47,870 nucleotides of DNA from an uncultured Lachnospiraceae bacterium (GTDB lineage: Bacteria > Bacillota > Clostridia > Oscillospirales > CAG-272): assembly GCA_964628455.1 (NCBI GenBank), contig CAZVPD010000002.1, forward strand, positions 1 through 47,870. Reading direction: 5' to 3'. How positions within the stretch are numbered: the first letter of the stretch is position 1; each line of letters opens with the position of its first letter. Positions 28,089 through 36,975 of this stretch are shown here, piece after piece. Made by a program: the position numbers and the translations under genes. The notes under the pieces are model-generated. The model ran no database searches. It was not told the DNA's origin and worked only from the letters and a program-made list of their open reading frames with translations.

Positions 28089-29282
28089 ATGAATAACAAA
28101 ATTAAAATCGGTGTTTTCGGCGTATGGCGCGGCAATGCATATCTGAACGTGCTGAAAAATCTCGATGAAGTGACCATAACGGCAATTTGCGATAAAAATC
28201 CGGCGCGCATTGCAAATGCACTGGGTAATTGTCCTCCCGGCGTTAAAGTTTTCTCCGATTTTGATGATTTTATCTCAAGCGGACTCGACGCAGTCGTCTT
28301 GTGCAATTATTTTAACGAGCACACGTATTATGCAATGAAGGCGATGGAAAAAGGGATTCATGTGCTGAGTGAAACGACCGCGTCGGCGACGCTGAAAGAA
28401 TGCGTCGATCTCTGCCGTTCGGTGGAAAAAACCGGATGCACCTATGTCCTCGCCGAAAATTATCCTCATATGAAGGGCTGTACCGAACTCAAGCGCATCA
28501 TCGATACGGGTACCATGGGCCGGGTTACTTATGCCGAAGGGGAATATGTTCATCCCATGAGCATCCAGGAAAGCGAAAGTTATGCGCCCGAAAAATACCA
28601 CTGGCGCAAATATACGCCGCGCACCTACTATCTGACACATTCTCTGGCTCCTCTGATGTATATAACGGGAACTTTGCCGAAAAAAATAATCGGCAAAACG
28701 GTATTCAATCCCGAATATGCCGCAGAACGCCGCAGAATGAGCGCTGATGTGGCGGGAGTCATGCTGTGTGAAATGGACAACGGAGCGCTTTTCCGGATCA
28801 CAGGTTCCTGCAGTTTCGGTCCGCACGGAAACTGGTACCGTATCGGATGCATAAACGGCGGTGCGGAAACAGTCCGCGGTTCCGATTCTCAGGTCCGTGT
28901 TGTTTACAACTCATGGACGGTGCCGGACGGATTCGAACAATATAAAGTATATAACGCAGAGTGGGATTTTTCCGAAAATACGGTGCTGGCCGAAAAAGCA
29001 GGTCACGGCGGCGGTGATTTCTGGACCACTTATAATTTCATCCTGTGCCTCCTCGGAAAACAAAAACCTTTTTTCGATGTGTATCGCGCGGCATCCATGA
29101 GCGCCGCTGCCATTCTTGGCTGGTACAGTGTTCTTGACAACAGCCGACAGATGGATATCCCCGATTTCCGCATGGAAGCACAGCGCAGCAGATTCGAAAA
29201 TGACGACAGAACCCCTTATCCTGCGGAGAATAAGCCGGCTACGCTTCCTTGTTCGAGCCGTGAGTGGAATCCCGAATATTAA
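28089..29282 (+). CDS. Gfo/Idh/MocA-fold protein, possibly GH109-like NAD-dependent glycosidase
   Basis: 397 aa. N-terminal IKIGVFGVWRGNAY Rossmann-like segment, LSETTAS in the position of the EKP motif, and a late AGHGGGDFW block. Confidence 0.6.
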   Translation: MNNKIKIGVFGVWRGNAYLNVLKNLDEVTITAICDKNPARIANALGNCPPGVKVFSDFDDFISSGLDAVVLCNYFNEHTYYAMKAMEKGIHVLSETTASATLKECVDLCRSVEKTGCTYVLAENYPHMKGCTELKRIIDTGTMGRVTYAEGEYVHPMSIQESESYAPEKYHWRKYTPRTYYLTHSLAPLMYITGTLPKKIIGKTVFNPEYAAERRRMSADVAGVMLCEMDNGALFRITGSCSFGPHGNWYRIGCINGGAETVRGSDSQVRVVYNSWTVPDGFEQYKVYNAEWDFSENTVLAEKAGHGGGDFWTTYNFILCLLGKQKPFFDVYRAASMSAAAILGWYSVLDNSRQMDIPDFRMEAQRSRFENDDRTPYPAENKPATLPCSSREWNPEY

Positions 29283-29310
29283 AGTCATACGAGCCCGTGA
29301 CGGGCAATAA

Positions 29311-29352
29311 AAAAGCCCGGGAATGTCCGTATGGACCGTCCCGGGTTTTTTT
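29311..29352. terminator. Bidirectional terminator between convergent Gfo-like and GH36-like genes
   Basis: aaaaGCCCGGGA (29311-29322) / TCCCGGGttttttt (29339-29352). Confidence 0.75.
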
Positions 29353-29357
29353 ACCGT

Positions 29358-31235
29358 TTAAATTGCGATATATTCTATGACGGCGCTTGAAAATTTTTCA
29401 TCCAGTGTTATTAAGATCCCTTCGGCAAGCTGCTTCCCCGAACAAACCGATTCTTTCCGATTGTAATTTTCGTCTGTCAGAATGACTCTGTAGTTTTTGT
29501 TTTCGTCCATCGCCGACAGAGCGATGGAACGGCTGTGTTCTTCACTGTGACGGCGGCGGAAAACGACCGCAAACCCGTCGTCTCCGAGCTTCAGCTGATA
29601 AGCCGCCCACACCGTTTCATCACAGGTGGTTTCCGTCAGCGCGTAAAAGTCACCGAGCCAATACTTGCGGAGATGAACCAGCTCGCCTGTCGCTTTTATC
29701 GCGGGTATCGGATCGTAATCGTCCTTCATCATATCAAATCCGCAGGCAATACCCATGGTCATGCCGGAACGGAACTCATATGCTTTTTCAAACCAGCTGC
29801 TCGCGAGATGATAGGGCAGGTAGCGCGATAAATGAACGGTTTGATTCTGATGCCATGTGCCGACCGGACGCTCGATTGTATTGGGAGAACAGGCTGTGTC
29901 GCTTCGCCAGCAGGGAACCGAACGGATGCAGGTTTCAAGGTCTATGCGACGTCCGCCGGACGAACAGTTATCGATCATTATATTAGGGAAATGTTCGATA
30001 ATCGCATCCCACATTTTATATAATCCTTCTACAAAACGCATTTCGGTGATCCCTTTGCGTCCCTCCGGGTCATTGTTCTGCCAATAAGGCAGAGGGTCTA
30101 TATTGAAATCCTCGCGATAAATGTCAATGCCGTTATCTGAGATGAATTTTATCAAAGTGTTCGTCAACCATGAGAGCGCTTCGGGATTGCCGAGGTTATA
30201 CAACCTGTTCTCGTTGCTTTCGCCGTAATTCAGCAGCCAGCCGTCCCCGTCGCCGTGAGCCGCATAGATGTCGCTGCCGATGTGAATGCGTTCGGGTTCA
30301 AACCAGATCATGAGTTTCATGTGATTGGCATGAGAAGCGTCGGACAGACTGCGAAGTCCGCCTGAGAATCCGGGTGCGAACGTATAGTTGCCGACACCTG
30401 TGGGAAAACCCTCCCGAAACCATGCGGCATCAAGCCAGAATGTGTTTATATTTCCACCGCATTTCCCGGCATTTCCGATAATTTTCAGCTGACCTTCTTC
30501 GGTGCGGTACAAGGGAGTGTTCCAAAAATAACGGTCAAAATCCTGAACAGAAAGAGGAACATCAAAGTTTTCTCCGAGATATTTTGCCGGACTGTAGTGT
30601 TTCCTTAAAATTCTGCGGAAGTCGTGACGCAGTTTCTGCAGGTTATCACCTGTTAAGATCAGCACGCGGATCGACCGTGCGCTTTCGCCGGGCATCAGGT
30701 AAAAATCGCAATCGGTCTGTCCTGCTTTGAGATGTATTTCACTGCTGCTGCGCCGGATATCGAGATGCCACTGACCTGACCAGCCGATCGCGCAGGCAAT
30801 AATATTTTTGTCGCAGGCAATATCAAAAAAGGGAAAAGCTGTTTCCTGGCTCGGACGGCCGCGCTGAGGCTCGATCGTAACCGCATCGCCGATTCCGATC
30901 TTTTTTTCGAGAGGCATAAAGGATCTGCCGTCGCAGTAATCTCCCTCGAGCCCGCGCCAAACCGTTTCATCCGTTTCAGGACAGGGAACGGTTAAATCCA
31001 TTCCGTTAATCTCAGATATGCGTCCCGAATTTGTTTGTCCGATGTTTTTGAAACGAACGATCCATTCCGATGCCTCAGGAACAACACGGGTAAGCTCAAG
31101 TGTGACTTCAAGGTTGTTTTTTATAACCGTTACATACAAATTCCCATTCTGTATCATGGAAGAGGGTGAAATCCGGTACAGGATTCCGTTATAACGAAAA
31201 CTCGCCGCCGCAGCTGATTTCATATCGATCATCAT
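29358..31235 (-). CDS. Glycoside hydrolase, GH36-like, paralog 2, cytoplasmic
   Basis: 625 aa. Shares the block pattern of 3442..5400: FWLDAAWF, LMIWFEPERI, IYREDFN, DNCSSGGRR, PCWRSD. Confidence 0.7.
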   Translation of the reverse strand: MMIDMKSAAAASFRYNGILYRISPSSMIQNGNLYVTVIKNNLEVTLELTRVVPEASEWIVRFKNIGQTNSGRISEINGMDLTVPCPETDETVWRGLEGDYCDGRSFMPLEKKIGIGDAVTIEPQRGRPSQETAFPFFDIACDKNIIACAIGWSGQWHLDIRRSSSEIHLKAGQTDCDFYLMPGESARSIRVLILTGDNLQKLRHDFRRILRKHYSPAKYLGENFDVPLSVQDFDRYFWNTPLYRTEEGQLKIIGNAGKCGGNINTFWLDAAWFREGFPTGVGNYTFAPGFSGGLRSLSDASHANHMKLMIWFEPERIHIGSDIYAAHGDGDGWLLNYGESNENRLYNLGNPEALSWLTNTLIKFISDNGIDIYREDFNIDPLPYWQNNDPEGRKGITEMRFVEGLYKMWDAIIEHFPNIMIDNCSSGGRRIDLETCIRSVPCWRSDTACSPNTIERPVGTWHQNQTVHLSRYLPYHLASSWFEKAYEFRSGMTMGIACGFDMMKDDYDPIPAIKATGELVHLRKYWLGDFYALTETTCDETVWAAYQLKLGDDGFAVVFRRRHSEEHSRSIALSAMDENKNYRVILTDENYNRKESVCSGKQLAEGILITLDEKFSSAVIEYIAI

Positions 31236-31289
31236 ATTCTGCCTTTCTTTTTTTATGGAATATTTCCTGTGTTTTTCCGACTCGGAATC

Positions 31290-31318
31290 ATTATAATTTA
31301 TTTTGTTATAAATGTCAA
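31290..31318 (-). promoter_or_regulatory. Consensus sigma-A promoter for GH36-like paralog 2
   Basis: Minus strand reads TTGACA (rc of 31313-31318), a 17-nt spacer, then TATAAT (rc of 31290-31295). Confidence 0.65.
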
Positions 31319-31347
31319 TCGACAGCAGTGAGAATTTGTGCTATAAT
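31319..31347 (+). promoter_or_regulatory. Sigma-A type promoter for the SGNH gene, back-to-back with the previous one
   Basis: TCGACA (31319-31324), a 17-nt spacer, then TGcTATAAT (31339-31347). Confidence 0.55.
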
Positions 31348-31375
31348 CATTTCGAAAAGAGGTGCTTATAAGAAC

Positions 31376-31930
31376 ATGAAAAAAGTTATACTTTTAGGAG
31401 ATTCGATCAGACTGAGCTATAACGACCGTGTCAGGCAGCTGCTTGCCGGCCGGGCTGATGTCTGGGGTCCTGCCGACAACTGCCGTTTTGCCAAATACAC
31501 TTTGTGGTGTGTCAACGGCTGGATCAGTGAAGGCGCACAAAATGCGCCCGATGTCATTCACTGGAATAACGGCATATGGGATACTTTCAAAATCAGCGAA
31601 AATCTGCCGGTTTTTACTCCGCTCGATGAATACCTGCATACAATTGAACAGATCCATACGGAATTGAAAAAATTCAATGCTCAAATCCTGTTTGCCACGA
31701 CAACACCCGTAGGTGAAAAATTCACTGCAGACGACAATGCCGTCATAGACCGTTACAACGAAGCGGTGACTCTGCTCATGAGACGTCTGGGTGTGCCTGT
31801 CAACGATTTGAATAAGGTTATAAAAGCCGATATGCAAAGTTATATCGGCGAGGATCTACTTCATCTCAGCGAGGCCGGGGTGGAAGCTGCTGCCCGTCAG
31901 GTGGCTTCTTTTATCGGCAGCTGTTTGTAA
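31376..31930 (+). CDS. SGNH/GDSL hydrolase family esterase
   Basis: ORF 31166..31930. ATG 31376 is preferred because it lies downstream of the promoter and has an AGAGG RBS. 184 aa. Block I LLGDSIR, block III NNGIWD, block V DLLHLS. Confidence 0.75.
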   Translation: MKKVILLGDSIRLSYNDRVRQLLAGRADVWGPADNCRFAKYTLWCVNGWISEGAQNAPDVIHWNNGIWDTFKISENLPVFTPLDEYLHTIEQIHTELKKFNAQILFATTTPVGEKFTADDNAVIDRYNEAVTLLMRRLGVPVNDLNKVIKADMQSYIGEDLLHLSEAGVEAAARQVASFIGSCL

Positions 31931-31937
31931 ATTAAAC

Positions 31938-31987
31938 AAGGATACAGGCATCACGGGTATATCGTGTCGCTGTATCCTTCTTTTTTT
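31938..31987 (+). terminator. Rho-independent terminator of the SGNH gene (overlaps the carB stop)
   Basis: 10-bp stem aaggatacag (31938-31947) / ctgtatcctt (31970-31979), followed by cTTTTTTT. Confidence 0.75.
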
Positions 31988-34900
31988 ATGTTATATCCGC
32001 GTGAAATTCCTGAAGCGATTTTATTTGCGTCTTCGGATGGTTTTTCATTTCGTAAAGCGCGACTGCCGCAGCTTTTGCAGCTGCCATCGTCGTCATATAA
32101 CAGATTTTTTTCCGGATGGCTGATTTACGTATATACGAATCATCGTTTTGTGCCTGAACAGAATGGGGTGCCGGCGTATTGACGACCAATGAAATATTGT
32201 TGTTCATGATATCGTCTGTTATATTCGGTCTGCCCTCAAACAGTTTTTTAATAAAAATGCATTTTACCCCGCCGTCCGTCAGATATTTATAAGTACCGGC
32301 TGTTGCGGTGATCCCAAGGCCCAGTTCTTCGAAAATACGGGCGATCTCAAGAGCTTCGGGTTTATCGGCATCGTTGACGCTGATCAGTACATTGCCGGTA
32401 TCGGGTATCTTAAGCTGGGTCGCTTCCTGCGATTTATAAAAGGCGATTCCGAAAGAATCGCTGATCCCCAGTACTTCACCCGTGGAACGCATTTCGGGAC
32501 CGAGAACGGGATCAACTTCCGGAAACATATTGAAGGGGAATACAGCTTCCTTCACGCCGTAATAGTTGATTTTCCGATTTCGGAGTTCGTCGACGGGAGA
32601 ATCTCCGCCGCAAAATTCATGCATGATTATCCGGGTTGCGATTTTCGCCATCTGTATATTGCATATCTTGGATACAAGCGGAACCGTACGCGAGGCTCTG
32701 GGATTCGCTTCCAGAACATATACGGTATCCTCGGCTATGGCATACTGCATATTCATAAGTCCGCAAACATTAAGACTGTTTGCGATCAGTTCGGTATATC
32801 GGTTGATTGTCGCCATATGCTTTTCGGGAATGTTCAGGGCGGGAATGATACATGCGGAATCACCCGAATGGATACCCGCAAGTTCTATATGCTGCATGAC
32901 CGCAGGAACGAAGGCTTTGCCGTGATCTGCGATCGCATCTGCCTCGGCTTCAATGGCGTTGCTGAGAAAACGGTCGATCAGAATCGGGCGTTCGGGGGTG
33001 ACGCCCGCCGCGTTTTTCATGTAACGGATCAGATTGCTCTCATCGTATACAATTTCCATACCCCGTCCGCCGAGTACATAGGAAGGACGCAGAATCAGCG
33101 GGTATCCGATATCGGTTGCAAGGGTTATCGCTTCTTCCGTTGTTGAAGCCATCCCCGATTCGGGCATCGGAATACCTATCCTGTCCATCATAAATTTAAA
33201 CCTGTCGCGGTCTTCGGCCAGATCTATCGATTCGGGACTTGTCCCCAAAATCCTGCATCCGTTTTTTTCAAGTTCGCGCGCCAGATTCAAAGGTGTTTGT
33301 CCTCCGAACTGCGTGATGATTCCGACAGGTTTTTCACGTTTGTATATGCTTAAAACATCTTCGACCGTAAGGGGTTCAAAATACAGGGTGTCAGACGTGT
33401 CGTAATCCGTGGAAACCGTTTCAGGATTACAGTTGATCATAATGGATTTGTAACCCATTGTACGTAAAGCGAATGCGGCATGCACGCAGCAGTAATCGAA
33501 TTCGATTCCCTGGCCTATCCGGTTCGGTCCGCTGCCGAGAATCATTACTTTTTTGTCTCCGTCATCGGATTTGTAAAATTCCGTTGATTTATTATAAGTG
33601 GAAAAATAATAGGATGCCGGTTCTGCGACACCGCTGACAGGCACCGCCTCCCACGCTTCCTCGATACCGAGTGTGATACGGCGCTGCCGGATTTCTTCCT
33701 CCGGCAGGCTGCGTAATTTCGCGATATACTTATCCGCAAAACCGCTGTGTTTTGCCCGGATCAGCGCCTCGTCGGTCAGTTCGGAAGCTGTCAACGCGTT
33801 CTCTTCGTCAACAAGTTCGAGCATCTGTTCGATGAACCAGCGTTTTATATGAGTAAGTTCAAACAACTGATCGATCGTTGCGCCTTTGCGAAGTGCTTCA
33901 TACATAATAAACTGACGTTCGCTTGACGGATAAACCAGCAGTTTCAGAAGTTCTTCTTTGGTCATGCTGTTATAGTTTTTCACATAACCGAGACCGTAAC
34001 GTCCGTTTTCAAGTGAACGTATTGCTTTTTGAAAGGCTTCTTTATATGTTTTGCCGATGGACATGACTTCGCCGACTGCTTTCATCTGAGTTCCGAGTTT
34101 ATCTTCGGCCTGACTGAATTTATCAAAAGCCCAGCGCGCGAATTTGATAACCACATAATCTCCGCACGGCGTGTATTTGTCAAGGGTACCGTCCCGGTAA
34201 TACGGAATTTCATTGAGGTTTAACCCTACGGCGAGCATTGCCGATATCATGGCGATAGGGAATCCCGTGGCTTTCGATGCGAGCGCCGATGACCGTGATG
34301 TACGGGGATTTATTTCAATGATAATAACGCGTCCCGTGGCGGGATCATGAGCAAACTGTATATTGGTTCCCCCGATGACCTGAATCGCCTCGACAATGGA
34401 ATAGGCATATTTTTGAAGACGTTCCTGCAGTTCCCCGGATATTGTCAGCATCGGTGCGGCGCAGAAGGAATCTCCTGTGTGGACTCCCATCGGATCGATA
34501 TTTTCTATAAAACAGACGGTTACCATATTGTTTTCGGAATCGCGCACAACTTCCAGTTCAAGTTCTTCCCATCCGATCACGGCTTCTTCAACCAGCACCT
34601 GATGGATCAGACTGGCCTGAAGCGCTCTGCCCATCACAGAGACGAGTTCCTCGTGGTTGTAAACAATACCTCCGCCTGTTCCGCCCATAGTATATGCGGG
34701 ACGCAGTACAACGGGGTAACCGAGTTCGATCGCGATCTTTTCGGCATCTTCCAAACTGTAGGCGGGAAAACTGCGGGCCATATCGATGCCCAGTTTTTCC
34801 ATCGTATTTTTAAATTCTATACGGTCTTCGCCGCGTTCGATCGCATCAAGCTGAACACCGATGACTTTAACGCCGTATTTTTCCAGAACACCTGCTTTTG

Positions 34901-35207
34901 CCAGTTCAATGCTTAAATTAAGTCCCGACTGTCCTCCTAAATTCGGTAGAAGAGCATCGGGACGTTCTTTTTCGATAATTTCGGTTAAACGGCTGACATT
35001 CAACGGTTCAATATACGTCACATCCGCCATATCCGTATCGGTCATGATAGTAGCGGGATTGGAATTGACGAGTACGATCTTATAGCCCAGACGGCGAAGC
35101 GCTTTGCATGCCTGTGTGCCGGAATAATCGAATTCACATGCCTGACCGATAATGATCGGTCCGGAGCCAATTATAAGAACTTTTTCGATATCATTTCTTT
35201 TCGGCAT
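31986..35207 (-). CDS. carB: Carbamoyl-phosphate synthase large subunit
   Basis: 1073 aa. N-terminus MPKRNDIEKVLIIGSGPIIIGQACEFDYSGTQA, a duplicated ATP-grasp half (KKVMILGSGPNRIGQGIEFDYCCVHA) and an MGS-like C-terminus. Confidence 0.95.
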   Translation of the reverse strand: MPKRNDIEKVLIIGSGPIIIGQACEFDYSGTQACKALRRLGYKIVLVNSNPATIMTDTDMADVTYIEPLNVSRLTEIIEKERPDALLPNLGGQSGLNLSIELAKAGVLEKYGVKVIGVQLDAIERGEDRIEFKNTMEKLGIDMARSFPAYSLEDAEKIAIELGYPVVLRPAYTMGGTGGGIVYNHEELVSVMGRALQASLIHQVLVEEAVIGWEELELEVVRDSENNMVTVCFIENIDPMGVHTGDSFCAAPMLTISGELQERLQKYAYSIVEAIQVIGGTNIQFAHDPATGRVIIIEINPRTSRSSALASKATGFPIAMISAMLAVGLNLNEIPYYRDGTLDKYTPCGDYVVIKFARWAFDKFSQAEDKLGTQMKAVGEVMSIGKTYKEAFQKAIRSLENGRYGLGYVKNYNSMTKEELLKLLVYPSSERQFIMYEALRKGATIDQLFELTHIKRWFIEQMLELVDEENALTASELTDEALIRAKHSGFADKYIAKLRSLPEEEIRQRRITLGIEEAWEAVPVSGVAEPASYYFSTYNKSTEFYKSDDGDKKVMILGSGPNRIGQGIEFDYCCVHAAFALRTMGYKSIMINCNPETVSTDYDTSDTLYFEPLTVEDVLSIYKREKPVGIITQFGGQTPLNLARELEKNGCRILGTSPESIDLAEDRDRFKFMMDRIGIPMPESGMASTTEEAITLATDIGYPLILRPSYVLGGRGMEIVYDESNLIRYMKNAAGVTPERPILIDRFLSNAIEAEADAIADHGKAFVPAVMQHIELAGIHSGDSACIIPALNIPEKHMATINRYTELIANSLNVCGLMNMQYAIAEDTVYVLEANPRASRTVPLVSKICNIQMAKIATRIIMHEFCGGDSPVDELRNRKINYYGVKEAVFPFNMFPEVDPVLGPEMRSTGEVLGISDSFGIAFYKSQEATQLKIPDTGNVLISVNDADKPEALEIARIFEELGLGITATAGTYKYLTDGGVKCIFIKKLFEGRPNITDDIMNNNISLVVNTPAPHSVQAQNDDSYIRKSAIRKKICYMTTMAAAKAAAVALYEMKNHPKTQIKSLQEFHADIT

Positions 35208-35364
35208 ATTTATTCCCCTCAGATGACATTTTGATTAGTATAACAGAAATATGTTTATATTTTATGTGCGGAAAGTTAACAATAGAATAAATATTCGGAA
35301 CATCCGGGCAAAACAAAACAGCGGAATGCTTATTGTCCGCTTACTTTTTATCCTGGCCGGCGTT

Positions 35365-36450
35365 TCAAAAAGAAGATGGGCTGCTTAAAATAAAATCCAT
35401 ATATCGATTCCAGTCGTAACGGCTCAGAAAATGCCCGCCTGCTCTCAGATGAAATCCTATATTTCCTTGATGGAAAATATCGCCCGCAGCGGGTTCACGG
35501 TCGTGGCAGACAAATCCGTTTGTGTTCAGGAAACGATAAGCTTCGGAGGCTGCATATGCTGCCAGATATTCCGAATAAGGGTCTGCCCAGGTGTCTTCCA
35601 GCGCGGTTCCGAGCAATACACAGCGGGGCGCGCAGGCTGCAATCAGAAAATGCTGGTCAAAAGGCATTTCTTCTTCTTTATCGGCGTATTTTTTATAATT
35701 CGGGCAAAACCAATACGGAAAATTTTTTGTTATATCCTTTACGCGCTCACCTGTCTTGCCGCGGGTAATGGCACCTCCCGAACAGCCGGAGTTGTTTGAA
35801 ATCACATATTTTACACGCGTATCGTTGGCGCCGCACCATAATGCGGTCTTACCGAGTCTGGAATGACCGATCACCGCTATCTGTCCGTCGTCGATGTCGG
35901 AAAGCGATGAAAGATAATCAAGCGCCCGGCTTGCCGCCCACGCCCACATCGAAATTTTCCCCCAATTATATATTTTCCTGTCGTATAAACCCGCTATGCC
36001 GTCATAAAACTCGTCGTTGGAGTCGGATGCGATATCGGTATAACAAAAACTTGCCAGAGCAAAACCCCTGTCCGTTATTTCTTCTGCGGGCATATATTTA
36101 TCGGGTATATCGTCACGGAAAGCAATGTGAAGCAGCAAAGGAACGCGTTTATCGGATTTTGGTATGAATAAATTCAAAGGAAAACTGAAAACGGAATCGG
36201 GAGTCGATATTTTCAGCCGAACGGCTGTAAACTGTACTTTACCTCCGTATTCGTTTTTATTATGCGATATGATCTCATAGGTTACAGGTGCCGGCGGAGG
36301 CATATAACCGTATTCTTCACGGGCGAGTATTTCGATTATTTCGGCACGGCGAAGTTCCCAGCCGTTCGGGTCTGTCATTTGAGTGCCGTTGGCAAATGTC
36401 AGAAGAGAGGGCAAACCTCTTTTTTTTATCTCTTCGTTTAAATACATCAT
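35365..36450 (-). CDS. Alpha/beta hydrolase, glucuronoyl esterase (CE15)-like, cytoplasmic
   Basis: ORF 35365..36534. ATG 36450 is preferred (GGAGGAATC RBS) and removes the overlap with the HIT gene. 361 aa. IGHSRLGKTALWCG resembles the CE15 G-C/H-S-R-x-G-K nucleophile block. No signal peptide. Confidence 0.5.
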   Translation of the reverse strand: MMYLNEEIKKRGLPSLLTFANGTQMTDPNGWELRRAEIIEILAREEYGYMPPPAPVTYEIISHNKNEYGGKVQFTAVRLKISTPDSVFSFPLNLFIPKSDKRVPLLLHIAFRDDIPDKYMPAEEITDRGFALASFCYTDIASDSNDEFYDGIAGLYDRKIYNWGKISMWAWAASRALDYLSSLSDIDDGQIAVIGHSRLGKTALWCGANDTRVKYVISNNSGCSGGAITRGKTGERVKDITKNFPYWFCPNYKKYADKEEEMPFDQHFLIAACAPRCVLLGTALEDTWADPYSEYLAAYAASEAYRFLNTNGFVCHDREPAAGDIFHQGNIGFHLRAGGHFLSRYDWNRYMDFILSSPSSF

Positions 36451-36464
36451 GATTCCTCCGTTTG

Positions 36465-36806
36465 TCAGCCCATATCCGCAGGAAGCTGTTTGCCGCCCAG
36501 AATATGGAAGTGAAGATGTTTGACGGACTGGCATGCGTCGGGTCCGCAGTTTGTAATGACGCGGTAGCCGTTTTTTAATCCTGCATTCTGAGCCATCAGG
36601 GGGATCCGTTCGAAAACAGCCGCGATGATACCGCTGTTTTCCTGATTGATCTCATCGGAAGACGCGATATGTTTTTTCGGGATAACCAGTATATGTACCG
36701 GTGCCTGCGGATGAATATCATAAAACGCGGTTATCATATTGTCTTCATATACTTTTTCGGAAGGGATTTCATCCCTTGCGATTTTACAGAAAATACAGTC
36801 TTTCAT
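36465..36806 (-). CDS. HIT family (histidine triad) nucleotide hydrolase
   Basis: 113 aa. CIFCKI start and HLHFHILGG histidine triad. Confidence 0.9.
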   Translation of the reverse strand: MKDCIFCKIARDEIPSEKVYEDNMITAFYDIHPQAPVHILVIPKKHIASSDEINQENSGIIAAVFERIPLMAQNAGLKNGYRVITNCGPDACQSVKHLHFHILGGKQLPADMG

Positions 36807-36909
36807 ATCCGCACTCCGTTCTTATTGAATCAATTTATATCATTATATAGCAGACACGGTCAAATTACAAGTATTATTGTGAATTAACAAAGAATATTTA
36901 TATTATATG

Positions 36910-36938
36910 TTGACAAGAATATCTGACGGATGTATAAT
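36910..36938 (+). promoter_or_regulatory. Sigma-A type promoter for the DUF1858 gene
   Basis: TTGACA (36910-36915), a 17-nt spacer, then TGTATAAT (36931-36938). Confidence 0.65.
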
Positions 36939-36975
36939 ACCAGTATATAGTTATAAACAGACGGAGGTATATCTG

